DNA of 64,000 bases from Clostridia bacterium (GCA_027420455.1 DAIBJA010000023.1:6427-70426), one strand, 5' to 3'; positions 46,809-55,548 are shown, counted from the stretch's first letter. The notes: generated by a model not told the origin, from the letters alone. Made by a program: numbers and translations.

Positions 46809-47621
46809 GTGCGGGTCTACATTTCCGCCGACATCGAAGGTACAGCGGGCGTCAGCGGCCGGTCCCAGACCGCCGCGGGCGCCGAGGGCTACCAGGCGGC
46901 CTGCCGCCTGATGACCCAGGAAGTCAACGCGGCGGTGGAAGGCGCCTTTTCGGGCGGCGCCACGCAGGTCGTCGTCAACGACTCCCACGGTCAGATGCTC
47001 AACCTGATTCTCGAGCTGCTGGATCCGCGGGCGGACCTCCTGCACGGCTCGCCTAAGCCCTGGAGCATGGTCGAGGGTCTTGACGGCTCCTACGACCTCA
47101 TGGTCTGCACCGGCTATCACGCCAGGGCGGGCGCGGCGGGCACCCTCGCCCACACCTACAGCGGCGCCGTCGTGCACGAGGTCACGCTCTGCGGCAGGCC
47201 GGTCGGCGAGTACGAGCTCAACACCTACCTCGCCGGTACCTACGGCGTGCCTGTGGCGGCCGTGAGCGGCGACGACGTGCTCGAGGGCGAGGTGGCGGCC
47301 CTCTCCCCGAGCGTGCACTTCGCGCGGGTCAAAGAGGCGCGCGGCCGTTTCGGGTCGCTCTCGCTCGGCGCCGAGCGCTCGCGCGAGGCGATCCGCAAGG
47401 CGGTGGAGACGGCCTGCCGCGCCCAGGACGTAGCGCATCTCGAGCCGCCAAAGGCGCCGGATCTGATCGCCACGTTCATGCACGCAGGGCAAGCACAGGT
47501 CGCCGCGCTCTGCCCGGGGTCCGAACGCGTCTCGCCCGTCGCGGTGCGCTTTGGTCACCCCGACTACCGCGAAGTCTTCCGGGCATTCAGGGCCATGATC
47601 ACTCTGGCCTCCACGGTTTGA
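46809..47621 (+). CDS. dppA: M55-family D-aminopeptidase (DppA-like)
   Basis: GTG start follows GGAG. (M)[14 protein letters not shown]...VVVNDSHG...GYHARAG is the DppA pattern. 270 aa. Confidence 0.8.
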   Translation: MRVYISADIEGTAGVSGRSQTAAGAEGYQAACRLMTQEVNAAVEGAFSGGATQVVVNDSHGQMLNLILELLDPRADLLHGSPKPWSMVEGLDGSYDLMVCTGYHARAGAAGTLAHTYSGAVVHEVTLCGRPVGEYELNTYLAGTYGVPVAAVSGDDVLEGEVAALSPSVHFARVKEARGRFGSLSLGAERSREAIRKAVETACRAQDVAHLEPPKAPDLIATFMHAGQAQVAALCPGSERVSPVAVRFGHPDYREVFRAFRAMITLASTV

Positions 47622-47643
47622 GACCAAAGGGCACAGCCCTGAC

Positions 47644-47682
47644 GCGATGGGGCCCCGCCATGGACAGGCGGGGCCCCATCGC
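47644..47682. terminator. 16-bp perfect GC hairpin between convergent dppA-like and rsfS genes
   Basis: gcgatggggccccgcc-atggaca-ggcggggccccatcgc. Confidence 0.55.
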
Positions 47683-47689
47683 TGTCTCC

Positions 47690-48028
47690 CTACACTTGCG
47701 CGAGGCGCGGGGCATCGCCCCAGAGCCGCTCGAGATCGTAGAAGCGGTGCGCATCCGGCAGCATCACATGCACCGCGATGTCCCGGAAGTCGACCAGGAT
47801 CCATTCGGCGCCTTGGCGCCCCTCGCGATGGTGGAACTTGCCGAGCTTCTCCTGCAGGGCATCCACCACCGCTTCCGACTGCACCCTGTTCTGGGTCGTA
47901 CAGATCACAAAATAGTCCACGAACGGCGTGTGTCCGCGCACATCCAGGACCACCACGTAAGGGCACTTGCGGTCACGGCAGGCATCTGCGGCCAGCCGGG
48001 CCCGCGCTGCGCTGTCCTCTCTCTCGAT
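47690..48028 (-). CDS. rsfS: Ribosome silencing factor RsfS
   Basis: The track ORF (88 aa, GTG) begins at VVLDVRG, which would remove the conserved N-terminal helix. The frame is open upstream (..EREDSAARARLAADACRDRKCPYVVVLDV). The only SD-preceded candidate start is ATC at 48026-48028, 8 nt after GGGGAGGGA. Confidence 0.7.
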   Translation of the reverse strand: MEREDSAARARLAADACRDRKCPYVVVLDVRGHTPFVDYFVICTTQNRVQSEAVVDALQEKLGKFHHREGRQGAEWILVDFRDIAVHVMLPDAHRFYDLERLWGDAPRLAQV

Positions 48029-48049
48029 GGCACCGTCCCTCCCCAGAGG

Positions 48050-48600
48050 TCAGATGAAGCTGTTGTACGTCGCCACAGCACGCGGGTGGATGAGATGGCC
48101 CTGCGATGCGAGGTGCGCGAGCTGCATCTTGAGGCAAGTCGCGACGGCCACGCGCAGCCCGTCCTTGGCGATGGCCCGCAGCTCGTCGACGCCCGGGAAG
48201 TCGCGCGTCGGCTCGATCGCGTCGGCCAGGAAGATGATCTGCGCCAGGCGCGCCATGCCGGGTGCTCCCGTCGTATGCAGGCGCACAGCCTGCAGTATGT
48301 CCGGGTCGTGCAGCCCGTCCTCCGCGAGGCGCGACGCCTCGATCGGCCCGTGCAGAAGAACCGGCGCCTGCCGTTCGATCCTCTCCATCGGAAGTTTGCG
48401 CATCAGCGCCTCCGCCAGCATATCGGCAGGGCGCATCTCGCGTGCCAGATCGTGGACGATGCCAGCCAGGCCGGCCCCTCGGGCTCCTCGTCGTAGTAGG
48501 CGGCAAGTTCGGCGGCCGTCTCGGCGACGCCGAGGCTATGGGCGACACGGGCGGGTGTCAAGGTGTTTTGCATCTTGTCGAGCCAGTCGATCTCCGCCAA
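48050..48600 (-). pseudogene. yqeK: yqeK (HD-domain nucleotide phosphohydrolase) with an apparent 1-nt frameshift
   Basis: Two track ORFs together cover one YqeK. ORF 48403-48600 reads ...HSLGVAETAAELAAYYDEEPEG; the frame of ORF 48050-48436 reads ..GLAGIVHDLAREMRPADML...HTTGAPGM...FLADAIEP. The frames join at the G/C run near 48470, and the total length is 551 nt. Confidence 0.7.
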
Positions 48601-48633
48601 TCCCTGCTCTCCCCCTTGCTCAGCCTGTCCTGT

Positions 48634-49308
48634 CTAGAGCCACATCTCGGTGAGGCCGCCGTGACCGTGGCCGCCAGCGGTCGTGGAACGGGTGTAGAGG
48701 CTGCTCTTGAGGATGTACTGTTCCACCGTCTCGGGCACCAGGTACTTGATCGGTTCGCCGGACGCCACGCGTCGCCGGATGTCGCTCGAAGAGATGGCCA
48801 GGGCGGGTACCTCGATCGTGTGCACGCGCGCCGCCGAGACCTGGGGAATGGCCTGCCTCAGCCGCTGGAAGTCCGCGGGCGGGTAGCCCGGGCGCGTCGC
48901 GGCGATCAGCTCGCACTGTGTCAGGATCTCCTGCGGCCGGTTCCATGTCATCAACTCCATGATGGCGTCGGCGCCCGTAATGAAGTAGATGAGGGCGTCC
49001 GGGCCCAGGGCGTCGCGCAGCTCCTCGATCGTGTCGACCGTGTACGAAGGCCCCACGCGGTCGATCTCGGTGCGCGAGACGCGGAAATAGGGGTTCGTCG
49101 ATGTGGCGAGCACGGTCATGAGATAGCGGTACTCCGCCGCGGTGACCACGCGGTCGTGCTTGTGCGGTGGATTGCCGGAGGGGATGAAGATGACCTGCTC
49201 AAGCCCGAAAGCCGCACGCGAAGCCTCGGCCGTCACGAGGTGGCCGAAGTGGATCGGGTCGAACGTGCCGCCCATGATGCCGATGGCCCTGCGTCCCTTC
49301 GCGCGCAA
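48634..49308 (-). CDS. nadD: Nicotinate-nucleotide adenylyltransferase
   Basis: GIMGGTFDPIHFGHL motif, in the nadD-yqeK-rsfS order. Confidence 0.9.
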   Translation of the reverse strand: MRAKGRRAIGIMGGTFDPIHFGHLVTAEASRAAFGLEQVIFIPSGNPPHKHDRVVTAAEYRYLMTVLATSTNPYFRVSRTEIDRVGPSYTVDTIEELRDALGPDALIYFITGADAIMELMTWNRPQEILTQCELIAATRPGYPPADFQRLRQAIPQVSAARVHTIEVPALAISSSDIRRRVASGEPIKYLVPETVEQYILKSSLYTRSTTAGGHGHGGLTEMWL

Positions 49309-49331
49309 GGATGCAGGTATCTTCTCTCGCG

Positions 49332-50591
49332 CTACTCGTCATCACCCTCGATGAACTCGAATTCATGCTCGCGGATGCGCACGCTCTGTCCGGTCTGCGC
49401 GCCGGCCCGCTTGAGGGCGGCCTCGACTCCCTTGCGCCGCAGGTACCGCTGCAGGCTGCGGACGGCCCGCTCGCTGTCGAGGTCCGTCATCGCGACGCGC
49501 CGTTCCACCGTGACGCCCTCGACCCGGAAGCCGTCGCCTTCGAGCATGACGCGGAACGCCGTCGGATCCTGGCGCTCCTTCGTCTCCGCAGGCAGCGCCT
49601 CCTGCTGCGGCGCCAAAGCCGCGAGGCGCCAGACGGCAGTCACAAGGTCTCCGAGGCCAAGGCCGCTGGCCGCCGAGATGGCGTAGACCTCGGTCCCCTC
49701 GCCCTCAAGTCTCAGACGCAGTCCCGGTTCTGCCTCTCGCGCCTCCGGCAGGTCGAGCTTGTTGAGCGCCACGACGAATGGACGCTGGGCAAGCTCCGGA
49801 TCGTAGAGGCGCACCTCTTCGCGCACGGCGGAGAAGCCTGCGAAGGCATCCTCGTCGCTCGCGTCGAGCACGTGCAGGAATGCCCTGCAGCGGCTCGCAT
49901 GGCGGAGGAAGAGGTCGCCCAGTCCCTTGCCCTCGTGCGCTCCCTCGATCAGCCCAGGCAGGTCCGCGAGCACGAGACCCCTGCCTTCACGCTCGAGAAT
50001 GCCAAGCTCGGGCTGGATCGTGGTGAAGGGATAGTTCCCCACCTTGGGACGCGCGTTGGTCAGGCGCGAGAGAAGAGTCGACTTGCCGGCGTTGGGCAGA
50101 CCCAGGAGACCGATGTCGGCGACGAGACGCAGCTCAAGCACGAACCAGCCTTCCTCGCCGGGCTCCCCGCGCTCCGCCACCCGCGGCGCGCGGTCGCGCG
50201 ACGTGGCGAAGCGGGCGTTGCCGCGGCCGCCCCGTCCACCACGCGCGGCGATCACCGTCTCGCCCGGCGCCCGGAGGTCGCGCACCACGCTGCCATCCTC
50301 TCGACGCACCACCGTGCCAGGCGGCACCTCGAGGATGATGTCGTCGCCGTCCCGGCCGTGCCGGTTGGCAGCCGCACCGGCGCCGCCACCTTCCGCCTTG
50401 TAGTGGTGGCGCCCGCGATACGCGCTGAGAGTCGTCTCGCCCTCAGCGACGCGTACGATCACCTCGCCACCGCGCCCGCCGTCACCGCCGTCGGGACCGC
50501 CACGCGGCACGTACTTCTCACGCCGGAACGAGAGGGCACCGTTGCCCCCGTCCCCCGCCTTGAGATAAACGCGCACCTCATCAACGAACAT
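49332..50591 (-). CDS. obg: GTPase Obg/CgtA
   Basis: ATG 50589-50591 follows GGAGGAGGAG. MFVDEVRVYLKAGDGGNG..., G1 motif GLPNAGKSTLL, and a C-terminal OCT domain. Confidence 0.95.
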   Translation of the reverse strand: MFVDEVRVYLKAGDGGNGALSFRREKYVPRGGPDGGDGGRGGEVIVRVAEGETTLSAYRGRHHYKAEGGGAGAAANRHGRDGDDIILEVPPGTVVRREDGSVVRDLRAPGETVIAARGGRGGRGNARFATSRDRAPRVAERGEPGEEGWFVLELRLVADIGLLGLPNAGKSTLLSRLTNARPKVGNYPFTTIQPELGILEREGRGLVLADLPGLIEGAHEGKGLGDLFLRHASRCRAFLHVLDASDEDAFAGFSAVREEVRLYDPELAQRPFVVALNKLDLPEAREAEPGLRLRLEGEGTEVYAISAASGLGLGDLVTAVWRLAALAPQQEALPAETKERQDPTAFRVMLEGDGFRVEGVTVERRVAMTDLDSERAVRSLQRYLRRKGVEAALKRAGAQTGQSVRIREHEFEFIEGDDE

Positions 50592-51015
50592 CGAGCTCCT
50601 CCTCCGGCCAGGAAACCGCCACATCGCCTACCAGGCAAGCGATGGCGAGCACGCCCTTCCGCCGATCGGAGAGGGCCTGCGACAACTGCGGCAAAAGCCG
50701 CTCAAGCGTCGCGGGTCCTACGTCGGCGGGCTCCCCACGCCAGGCGAGCTGCTGCCCTGTCTCTTCGGCGTCGGCCAGGAGCTGCCACAGCGTGTACTGC
50801 TCGTCTTCGCTACCTGCGCGGCCGAGGGCCGACAGCAGAGCCTCCTCGCGCACGATGCGCTCGAGCACCTGCTGCGTCTTCCGGCCCTCTCCTAGCTGTG
50901 CCCAGCCGGCGGCCACCTGCAGCGCATTGGCGGCGCGGTGTCGCGCCGCACGTACCGCGCGCAGGGCCGCACGTTGCGGGTCTTGCTGCTTTTGATAGGT
51001 CACGGCGGTCAGCAC
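50581..51015 (-). CDS. spo0B: Spo0B-like protein (candidate sporulation phosphorelay phosphotransferase)
   Basis: 144 aa, at exactly the rpmA-[spo0B]-obg position of Bacillus. ARHRAANALQVAAGWAQL aligns with B. subtilis Spo0B SRHDWMNKLQLIKGNLSL at H, N+4, L+6, Q+7, G+11 and L+15. Confidence 0.45.
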   Translation of the reverse strand: MLTAVTYQKQQDPQRAALRAVRAARHRAANALQVAAGWAQLGEGRKTQQVLERIVREEALLSALGRAGSEDEQYTLWQLLADAEETGQQLAWRGEPADVGPATLERLLPQLSQALSDRRKGVLAIACLVGDVAVSWPEEELDVR

Positions 51016-51066
51016 CCCCCTAGCGCGGGCACCGACCGCCGTTCGAATGACCGCATGATCTTTTGC

Positions 51067-51333
51067 CTAGAGCGGCTGCACCGAGACCTCGGAGCGGTCG
51101 CCACGCATCGCGAACGCGACTACTCCGTCCGTGAGCGCATAGAGGGTGTGGTCGCGACCGACGCCGACGTTCTCGCCAGGACGCACGCGCGTGCCGCGCT
51201 GGCGGACGATGATCGTGCCGGCGCGCACGTTCTGGCCACCGAAGGCCTTGACGCCGAGGCGCTTGGGCTGCGAGTCGCGTCCGTTGCGGGACGAGCCGCC
51301 GCCCTTCTTGTGCGCGAAGAGCTGCAGGTTCAT
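51067..51333 (-). CDS. rpmA: 50S ribosomal protein L27 with N-terminal propeptide
   Basis: ATG 51331-51333 follows [31 protein letters not shown] is the Firmicutes-type extension cleaved by Prp. 88 aa. Confidence 0.95.
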   Translation of the reverse strand: MNLQLFAHKKGGGSSRNGRDSQPKRLGVKAFGGQNVRAGTIIVRQRGTRVRPGENVGVGRDHTLYALTDGVVAFAMRGDRSEVSVQPL

Positions 51334-51650
51334 GGATTCTCCTCCTCCTTGACGCTGAGGGCAATCGCCCCCGGATAGCTCGCTGCAATATCCTGAAGTC
51401 CCAAGAGGCACGTCTCGAGGATCACCTGGCCCGGATCGCCGCTCTCGCCCTGCCACAGCACATCGCCATCGCGCACCTTGGCCTGGGGAGCGTCGCGATC
51501 CAGCCGCCCGAGTCCCAGCGCCGCCGTCTGCACGATGGCCGACACCGCCGCACAGACGAGATCCTGCCCATAGGGCGCCGTGCCGGCATGACCGTGCACG
51601 TGCAGGCGGACGATGCGCCCGCCCCGGCGCCGGACCTCAGCCCGGATCAC
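51330..51650 (-). CDS. prp: Ribosomal-processing cysteine protease Prp (YsxB)
   Basis: 106 aa with the motifs GHAG and [11 protein letters not shown], lying between rplU and rpmA. Confidence 0.9.
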   Translation of the reverse strand: MIRAEVRRRGGRIVRLHVHGHAGTAPYGQDLVCAAVSAIVQTAALGLGRLDRDAPQAKVRDGDVLWQGESGDPGQVILETCLLGLQDIAASYPGAIALSVKEEENP

Positions 51651-51958
51651 CCCTCGATCGCTTCGACCCGCACCTCAGCGTACGGCTGACGGTGGCCATA
51701 ACGCCGGCGGTAGTTGACCTTGGGCTTGTACTTGAACACGAGAATCTTGCGTGCCTTGCCATGTTCCGCGACCTTGCCGCGAACCTTGGCGCCCTGCACG
51801 AACGGGCTCCCCACCGCGACCGTGCCGTCGTCGCGCACCAGGAGAAGCACCTCTTCGAACACGATCTCCTCGCCCGGCGTTCCGATCTTCTCGACGCGGA
51901 CGACTTCGCCCGGCGCCATGCGGTACTGCTTGCCGCCGGTCTCCACCACTGCGTACAT
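51647..51958 (-). CDS. rplU: 50S ribosomal protein L21
   Basis: MYAVVETGGKQYRMAPGEVVRVEKI... Confidence 0.95.
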   Translation of the reverse strand: MYAVVETGGKQYRMAPGEVVRVEKIGTPGEEIVFEEVLLLVRDDGTVAVGSPFVQGAKVRGKVAEHGKARKILVFKYKPKVNYRRRYGHRQPYAEVRVEAIEG

Positions 51959-52066
51959 CCTCTGCCTCCTGACACGCCGCTGCCGGTGCGCTCAGCGCGA
52001 CTTTTGGACCGGCTGCGAGCGGTATACAAACATAAGTATTCTACCGGCAATCATGCAGCCCGTCAA
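51959..52066 (-). promoter_or_regulatory. rplU promoter plus structured 5' leader (possible L21-leader type)
   Basis: Minus strand reads TTGACG (52061-52066, overlapping the rng stop), a 17-nt spacer, then TAGAAT (52038-52043). About 70 nt of leader follow, with a CCGCT..GCCGG/CCGGCAGCGG stem and an inner GCGC-TGA-GCGC hairpin before the GGAGG SD. Confidence 0.55.
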
Positions 52067-53808
52067 CGCGGCTCCCCGGCCGGCTCCTTGGCGCCGCGCC
52101 GGCTCTGGCGCTGGCCGACGAGCTTGGCGCGGGCGAAGGTGCGGAACGCACCCGTGACGTGCACCTTGACCTTTTCGCCCACGAGGCGGCCGCCGCCTTG
52201 CACGTCGATCACGTAGCCCTCGACGCGCGCGATGCCGTCCTCGGGATTGCTCTGGTGCGGCTCCTCGATCCGGATCTCGATCTCCTCGCCCGGCTGCACC
52301 GGACGCGCGAGCCGCTCGATGTCCTCCCGAGACCCCACCGCCTTCACGCGCATCGTCTCGATGCGCAGATCCTCGGCGCCGCGCACATGCACCGTGCGGC
52401 CGATCTCCTTCTCGAACTCCCTCAGATGCGCGCCGCCGGTGCCGATCAGGAGCGCCGCGACAGTCGGGTTCACCTCGACCAGCACGGCTTCCTGGTTCTC
52501 CTTGCGCAGGAGGTTGCGCACCTCCCGCCGCACCTTCTGCGCCATGGTCTCCTCCGAGAGCACCCGGCCGCGCCCCTCGCAGTCCGGGCAGGTCCGGAGC
52601 AGCATGCCCTCGAGCCCATGTCCGACCTTCTTGCGCGTCATCTCGACGAGCCCGAGCTGGGTCAGTCCGAGCACATGCACCTTCGTACGGTCCCGGCGCA
52701 CCATCTCCTCGAGCGTCGAGAGCACCTTCTGCCGGTCGTCGTGCCGGTCCATGTCGATGAAGTCGACGATGATGATGCCTGCGAGATCCCTCAGCCGTAT
52801 CTGGCGGGCGATCTCCTCCGCCGCCTCGAGATTCGTACGGACGACGGTCTCCTGGAGGTTTCGGTTGCCGACGAACTTGCCCGTGTTGACATCGATCACC
52901 GTGAGCGCCTCGGTCTGGTCGATGACGAGGTAGCCGCCGCAATGGAGCCAGACCTTGCGCCGGATCGCGTTCTCGATCTCGGGTTCGAGGTTGAAGGCGT
53001 CGAAGAGGCTGGCCTGGCCGGCGGGCCAGAGCCGGATGTGCTTTCTGAGCGCTGGCGACATCGTGTCGGCCAGCTCGACCACGCGGTCGTACTCCTCCTT
53101 GTCGTCGATCCAGACATGCTGCACCTCGTCGGTGAGCATGTCCCGGACGATACGGAAGGTGAGGCCGAGGTCCTTGTGCAGCAGGGCCGGCGCAGTCATC
53201 ACCTGCGCGCGACGCTGGATGCGCTGCCAGAGGCGCGTGAGGAAGTCCATGTCCTGCTGGAGTTCCTGCTCGGGCCTGCCCTCGGCGACGGTGCGCACGA
53301 TCACACCGGCGCCCTCGGGCTTCGCGGCCTCGGCCCAGGCCTTGAGGCGAGTGCGCTCCTTGTCGTCCGAGATGCGCCGCGAAACGCCGATGAAGTCGTT
53401 GGTCGGCGTCAGCACGACGTAACGGCCAGGCAGGCTGATGTTGCCCGTGACACGGGCTCCCTTGGTGCCGATCGCCTCCTTGACGACCTGTACCATGATC
53501 TCCTGCTTCGGTCGCACGACGTCATCGATGTTGACGTACTTCCTGGTCTTCTGCTCCTCGACCCCGTCCTCTTCGTCGTAGAGCGCACCAGCGTCACCCA
53601 CGTGCAGGAAGGCGTTCTTCTCGAGACCGATGGCGACGAAGGCCGCCTCCATGCCCGGCAGCACGTTCTCGACGCGCCCCTTGTAGATGTTGCCCACCGC
53701 ACGCTGCTGAATCGGACGCTCGACCATGAGTTCGACGAGCTCGCCGTCCTCGAGGATTGCAGCCCGCGTCTCGAGGGGCTCGACGTTCACCAATATTTCG
53801 CGGCGCAC
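52063..53808 (-). CDS. rng: Ribonuclease E/G family (Rng/CafA-like) with C-terminal TRAM-like extension
   Basis: 581 aa: S1 domain GNIYKGRVENVLPGMEAAFVAIG, the catalytic core, and the CPDCEGRG zinc link. Confidence 0.9.
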   Translation of the reverse strand: MRREILVNVEPLETRAAILEDGELVELMVERPIQQRAVGNIYKGRVENVLPGMEAAFVAIGLEKNAFLHVGDAGALYDEEDGVEEQKTRKYVNIDDVVRPKQEIMVQVVKEAIGTKGARVTGNISLPGRYVVLTPTNDFIGVSRRISDDKERTRLKAWAEAAKPEGAGVIVRTVAEGRPEQELQQDMDFLTRLWQRIQRRAQVMTAPALLHKDLGLTFRIVRDMLTDEVQHVWIDDKEEYDRVVELADTMSPALRKHIRLWPAGQASLFDAFNLEPEIENAIRRKVWLHCGGYLVIDQTEALTVIDVNTGKFVGNRNLQETVVRTNLEAAEEIARQIRLRDLAGIIIVDFIDMDRHDDRQKVLSTLEEMVRRDRTKVHVLGLTQLGLVEMTRKKVGHGLEGMLLRTCPDCEGRGRVLSEETMAQKVRREVRNLLRKENQEAVLVEVNPTVAALLIGTGGAHLREFEKEIGRTVHVRGAEDLRIETMRVKAVGSREDIERLARPVQPGEEIEIRIEEPHQSNPEDGIARVEGYVIDVQGGGRLVGEKVKVHVTGAFRTFARAKLVGQRQSRRGAKEPAGEPR

Positions 53809-53870
53809 CGCTTGTCGTCACTCCCAAAACCCTGCCGGCCCGAAGGCTTACGGCAGCAAACTTGTTTGCA

Positions 53871-54059
53871 TCAAGTATAGGTAGGGTCGTCTGGCTTGAC
53901 AAGCGGCGCTTCCCCGCTGCCGTCGCAACCGTGACAGACGCCCAGGCCGCCGCACGCCTCGCACAGCGCCGGGTCGCGCCACGTGAACTGCTCGACGCCA
54001 CGGCCGAGGCAGTGCGGGCAGACGCCCGTGCCACCGCAGGCGGCGCACGCTGTGGCCAT
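53871..54059 (-). CDS. Small Cys-rich protein: standalone DnaJ-type zinc-finger (4 x CxxC(x)GxG)
   Basis: 62 aa: MATACAACGGTGVCPHCLGRGVEQFTWRDPALCEACGGLGVCHGCDGSGEAPLVKPDDPTYT. GGGGTGA lies 4 nt before the ATG. GC3-rich codons. Starts 15 nt after the spoIVFB stop. Confidence 0.55.
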   Translation of the reverse strand: MATACAACGGTGVCPHCLGRGVEQFTWRDPALCEACGGLGVCHGCDGSGEAPLVKPDDPTYT

Positions 54060-54074
54060 CGGATCACCCCGGTC

Positions 54075-54968
54075 TCATGGTGACCCGCGTCGCCTCCCTC
54101 TATCCTGGTCCTCCCTCTGCAGGATCTCGCCCACAGTGCGATGCAGGTCGCCTTCCTGCGCTGCGTCGTAGAGGGCCTGGTCGTCGAGCGCACCGACAAC
54201 GCGGCCGCCTTCGTAGACGTAGACCCGGTGCGCCCGCCCGCCGAAGAGGCGGCGCAGGACTTGGCGCAGTTCGCTGCCGGATGCCGCCGCAAACGCCTCG
54301 AGCGGCAGAACCTCTCCGCGCGACAGCGCCGCGAGCGCCCTGAGCCAGAGCGCCCAGCGGCTCAAGGGCAGCCGCCGCTCGATGCCACGCTGGGCCCAGA
54401 GGATGACGCCGGCGAGCACGATCACCTCCCAACCCGGATAGCCCGCAAGTTGCGCCACGATGCCGCCCAGGGCGAGCGTGAACGCGATCAGCCGGCCGAG
54501 TGCCAGCGCTTCCCGGCCCGCAGGGCTCCAGCCGATGGCGCGGCTGCGCAGGGCATGGAAGATACGTCCGCCGTCGAGAGGGTATGCCGGCAGGAGATTG
54601 ACCGCCAGCATGGCCAGGTTGACGTCGAAGAGAAGATCCCCGCGCGCAGTCGTCGCGATGCCGTAGCGCAGGAGAAGAGCGGCCGCCGCCAGTGCCGCAA
54701 GGTTCGCCAGCGGTCCCGCGATCGCCACCAGCACTTCGGCCAGGGGACCGGCCAGCTCCAGGTCCGGGATGTCGGCCTGTCCGCCGAAGGGATAGAGCTC
54801 GACGCGCCCGACACGCAGTCCAAGGCTTCGCGCCGCGGCGACATGGCTCGATTCGTGCAGCAGAAGGGAGCCCAGGTAGACGACGACCGCCGTGCCCTGG
54901 CCGAGCAGCACGCCGGCCGCGAGGAGCATGAGCAGCAGAGGATGCGGCCGCGGCAGGCGAGACTTCAT
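54075..54968 (-). CDS. spoIVFB: Site-2 (M50) intramembrane metalloprotease with CBS domain, SpoIVFB-like
   Basis: HExxH (LLHESSHVAAA), a second motif LLPAYPLDGG, and a C-terminal CBS-like domain. ATGA overlap with the upstream M23 gene. Confidence 0.8.
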   Translation of the reverse strand: MKSRLPRPHPLLLMLLAAGVLLGQGTAVVVYLGSLLLHESSHVAAARSLGLRVGRVELYPFGGQADIPDLELAGPLAEVLVAIAGPLANLAALAAAALLLRYGIATTARGDLLFDVNLAMLAVNLLPAYPLDGGRIFHALRSRAIGWSPAGREALALGRLIAFTLALGGIVAQLAGYPGWEVIVLAGVILWAQRGIERRLPLSRWALWLRALAALSRGEVLPLEAFAAASGSELRQVLRRLFGGRAHRVYVYEGGRVVGALDDQALYDAAQEGDLHRTVGEILQREDQDRGRRRGSP

Positions 54969-55501
54969 GGCCGGCCCAGCACACCGGGCAGGTCGAGCGG
55001 AGCCTTGCCGCGCTGTCCCTCAAGCGTCAGGTGCGAAGGATCGCCTGGAGCGAAGTGGCTCACGGCGCCGATAACCTGACCCAGGCGCACGGCTTCGCCG
55101 CGATGCACATCGCATGGGCCGAGATGCATGTAGCGCAGCTTGACGCCCTGCCCCTGGATGGTGACCGACACGCCGGGCGCGTAAGCCGCCACCGAGGTGA
55201 CAGTGCCGCTCGCCGCTGCGCGCACGATCGCGCCGCCCGGCGCCAGGATCTCGATGCCGCCGCCCGCATGCTGCTCCACGGTGCCCACCAGCGGCCACGA
55301 GAAGCGCAATGCGGTCTGGGCCGACACCTTCTTGCCGGCGTCAGGCACGGCGCTCCCGATCGGCAGCCTGATCTCCTGCCGGATATACGTCTGCGCCAGA
55401 TGGCGCACCGACCCCGCCATGGCGCCAGCACCGTGTTCGCCCCAAAGCAGGAGGCCGGCGAGCACGGCCGCCGCCAGCATCTGCAGCCAGAACTTGCTCA
55501 C
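54965..55501 (-). CDS. spoIVFA: Degenerate M23/LytM-domain membrane protein, SpoIVFA-like
   Basis: GTG start at 55499-55501 follows GAGGTGGA. N-terminal TM helix, then a LytM fold (GIEILAPGGAIVRAAASGTV..LRYMHLG). The HxxxD and HxH metal ligands are not intact (SHLTLE). Confidence 0.6.
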   Translation of the reverse strand: MSKFWLQMLAAAVLAGLLLWGEHGAGAMAGSVRHLAQTYIRQEIRLPIGSAVPDAGKKVSAQTALRFSWPLVGTVEQHAGGGIEILAPGGAIVRAAASGTVTSVAAYAPGVSVTIQGQGVKLRYMHLGPCDVHRGEAVRLGQVIGAVSHFAPGDPSHLTLEGQRGKAPLDLPGVLGRP

Positions 55502-55548
55502 CACTTCCACCTCGGCAGAGCCTATGCTCCAGCCTGTCCCGCGATGCC

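Noticed and set aside
48026-48600. TGA read-through producing a YqeK-RsfS fusion, since rsfS is in frame with the yqeK C-terminal part.
   Set aside because: Sharing a frame has a one-in-three chance. There is no known recoding signal or SECIS-like element, and a strong SD sits between the genes.
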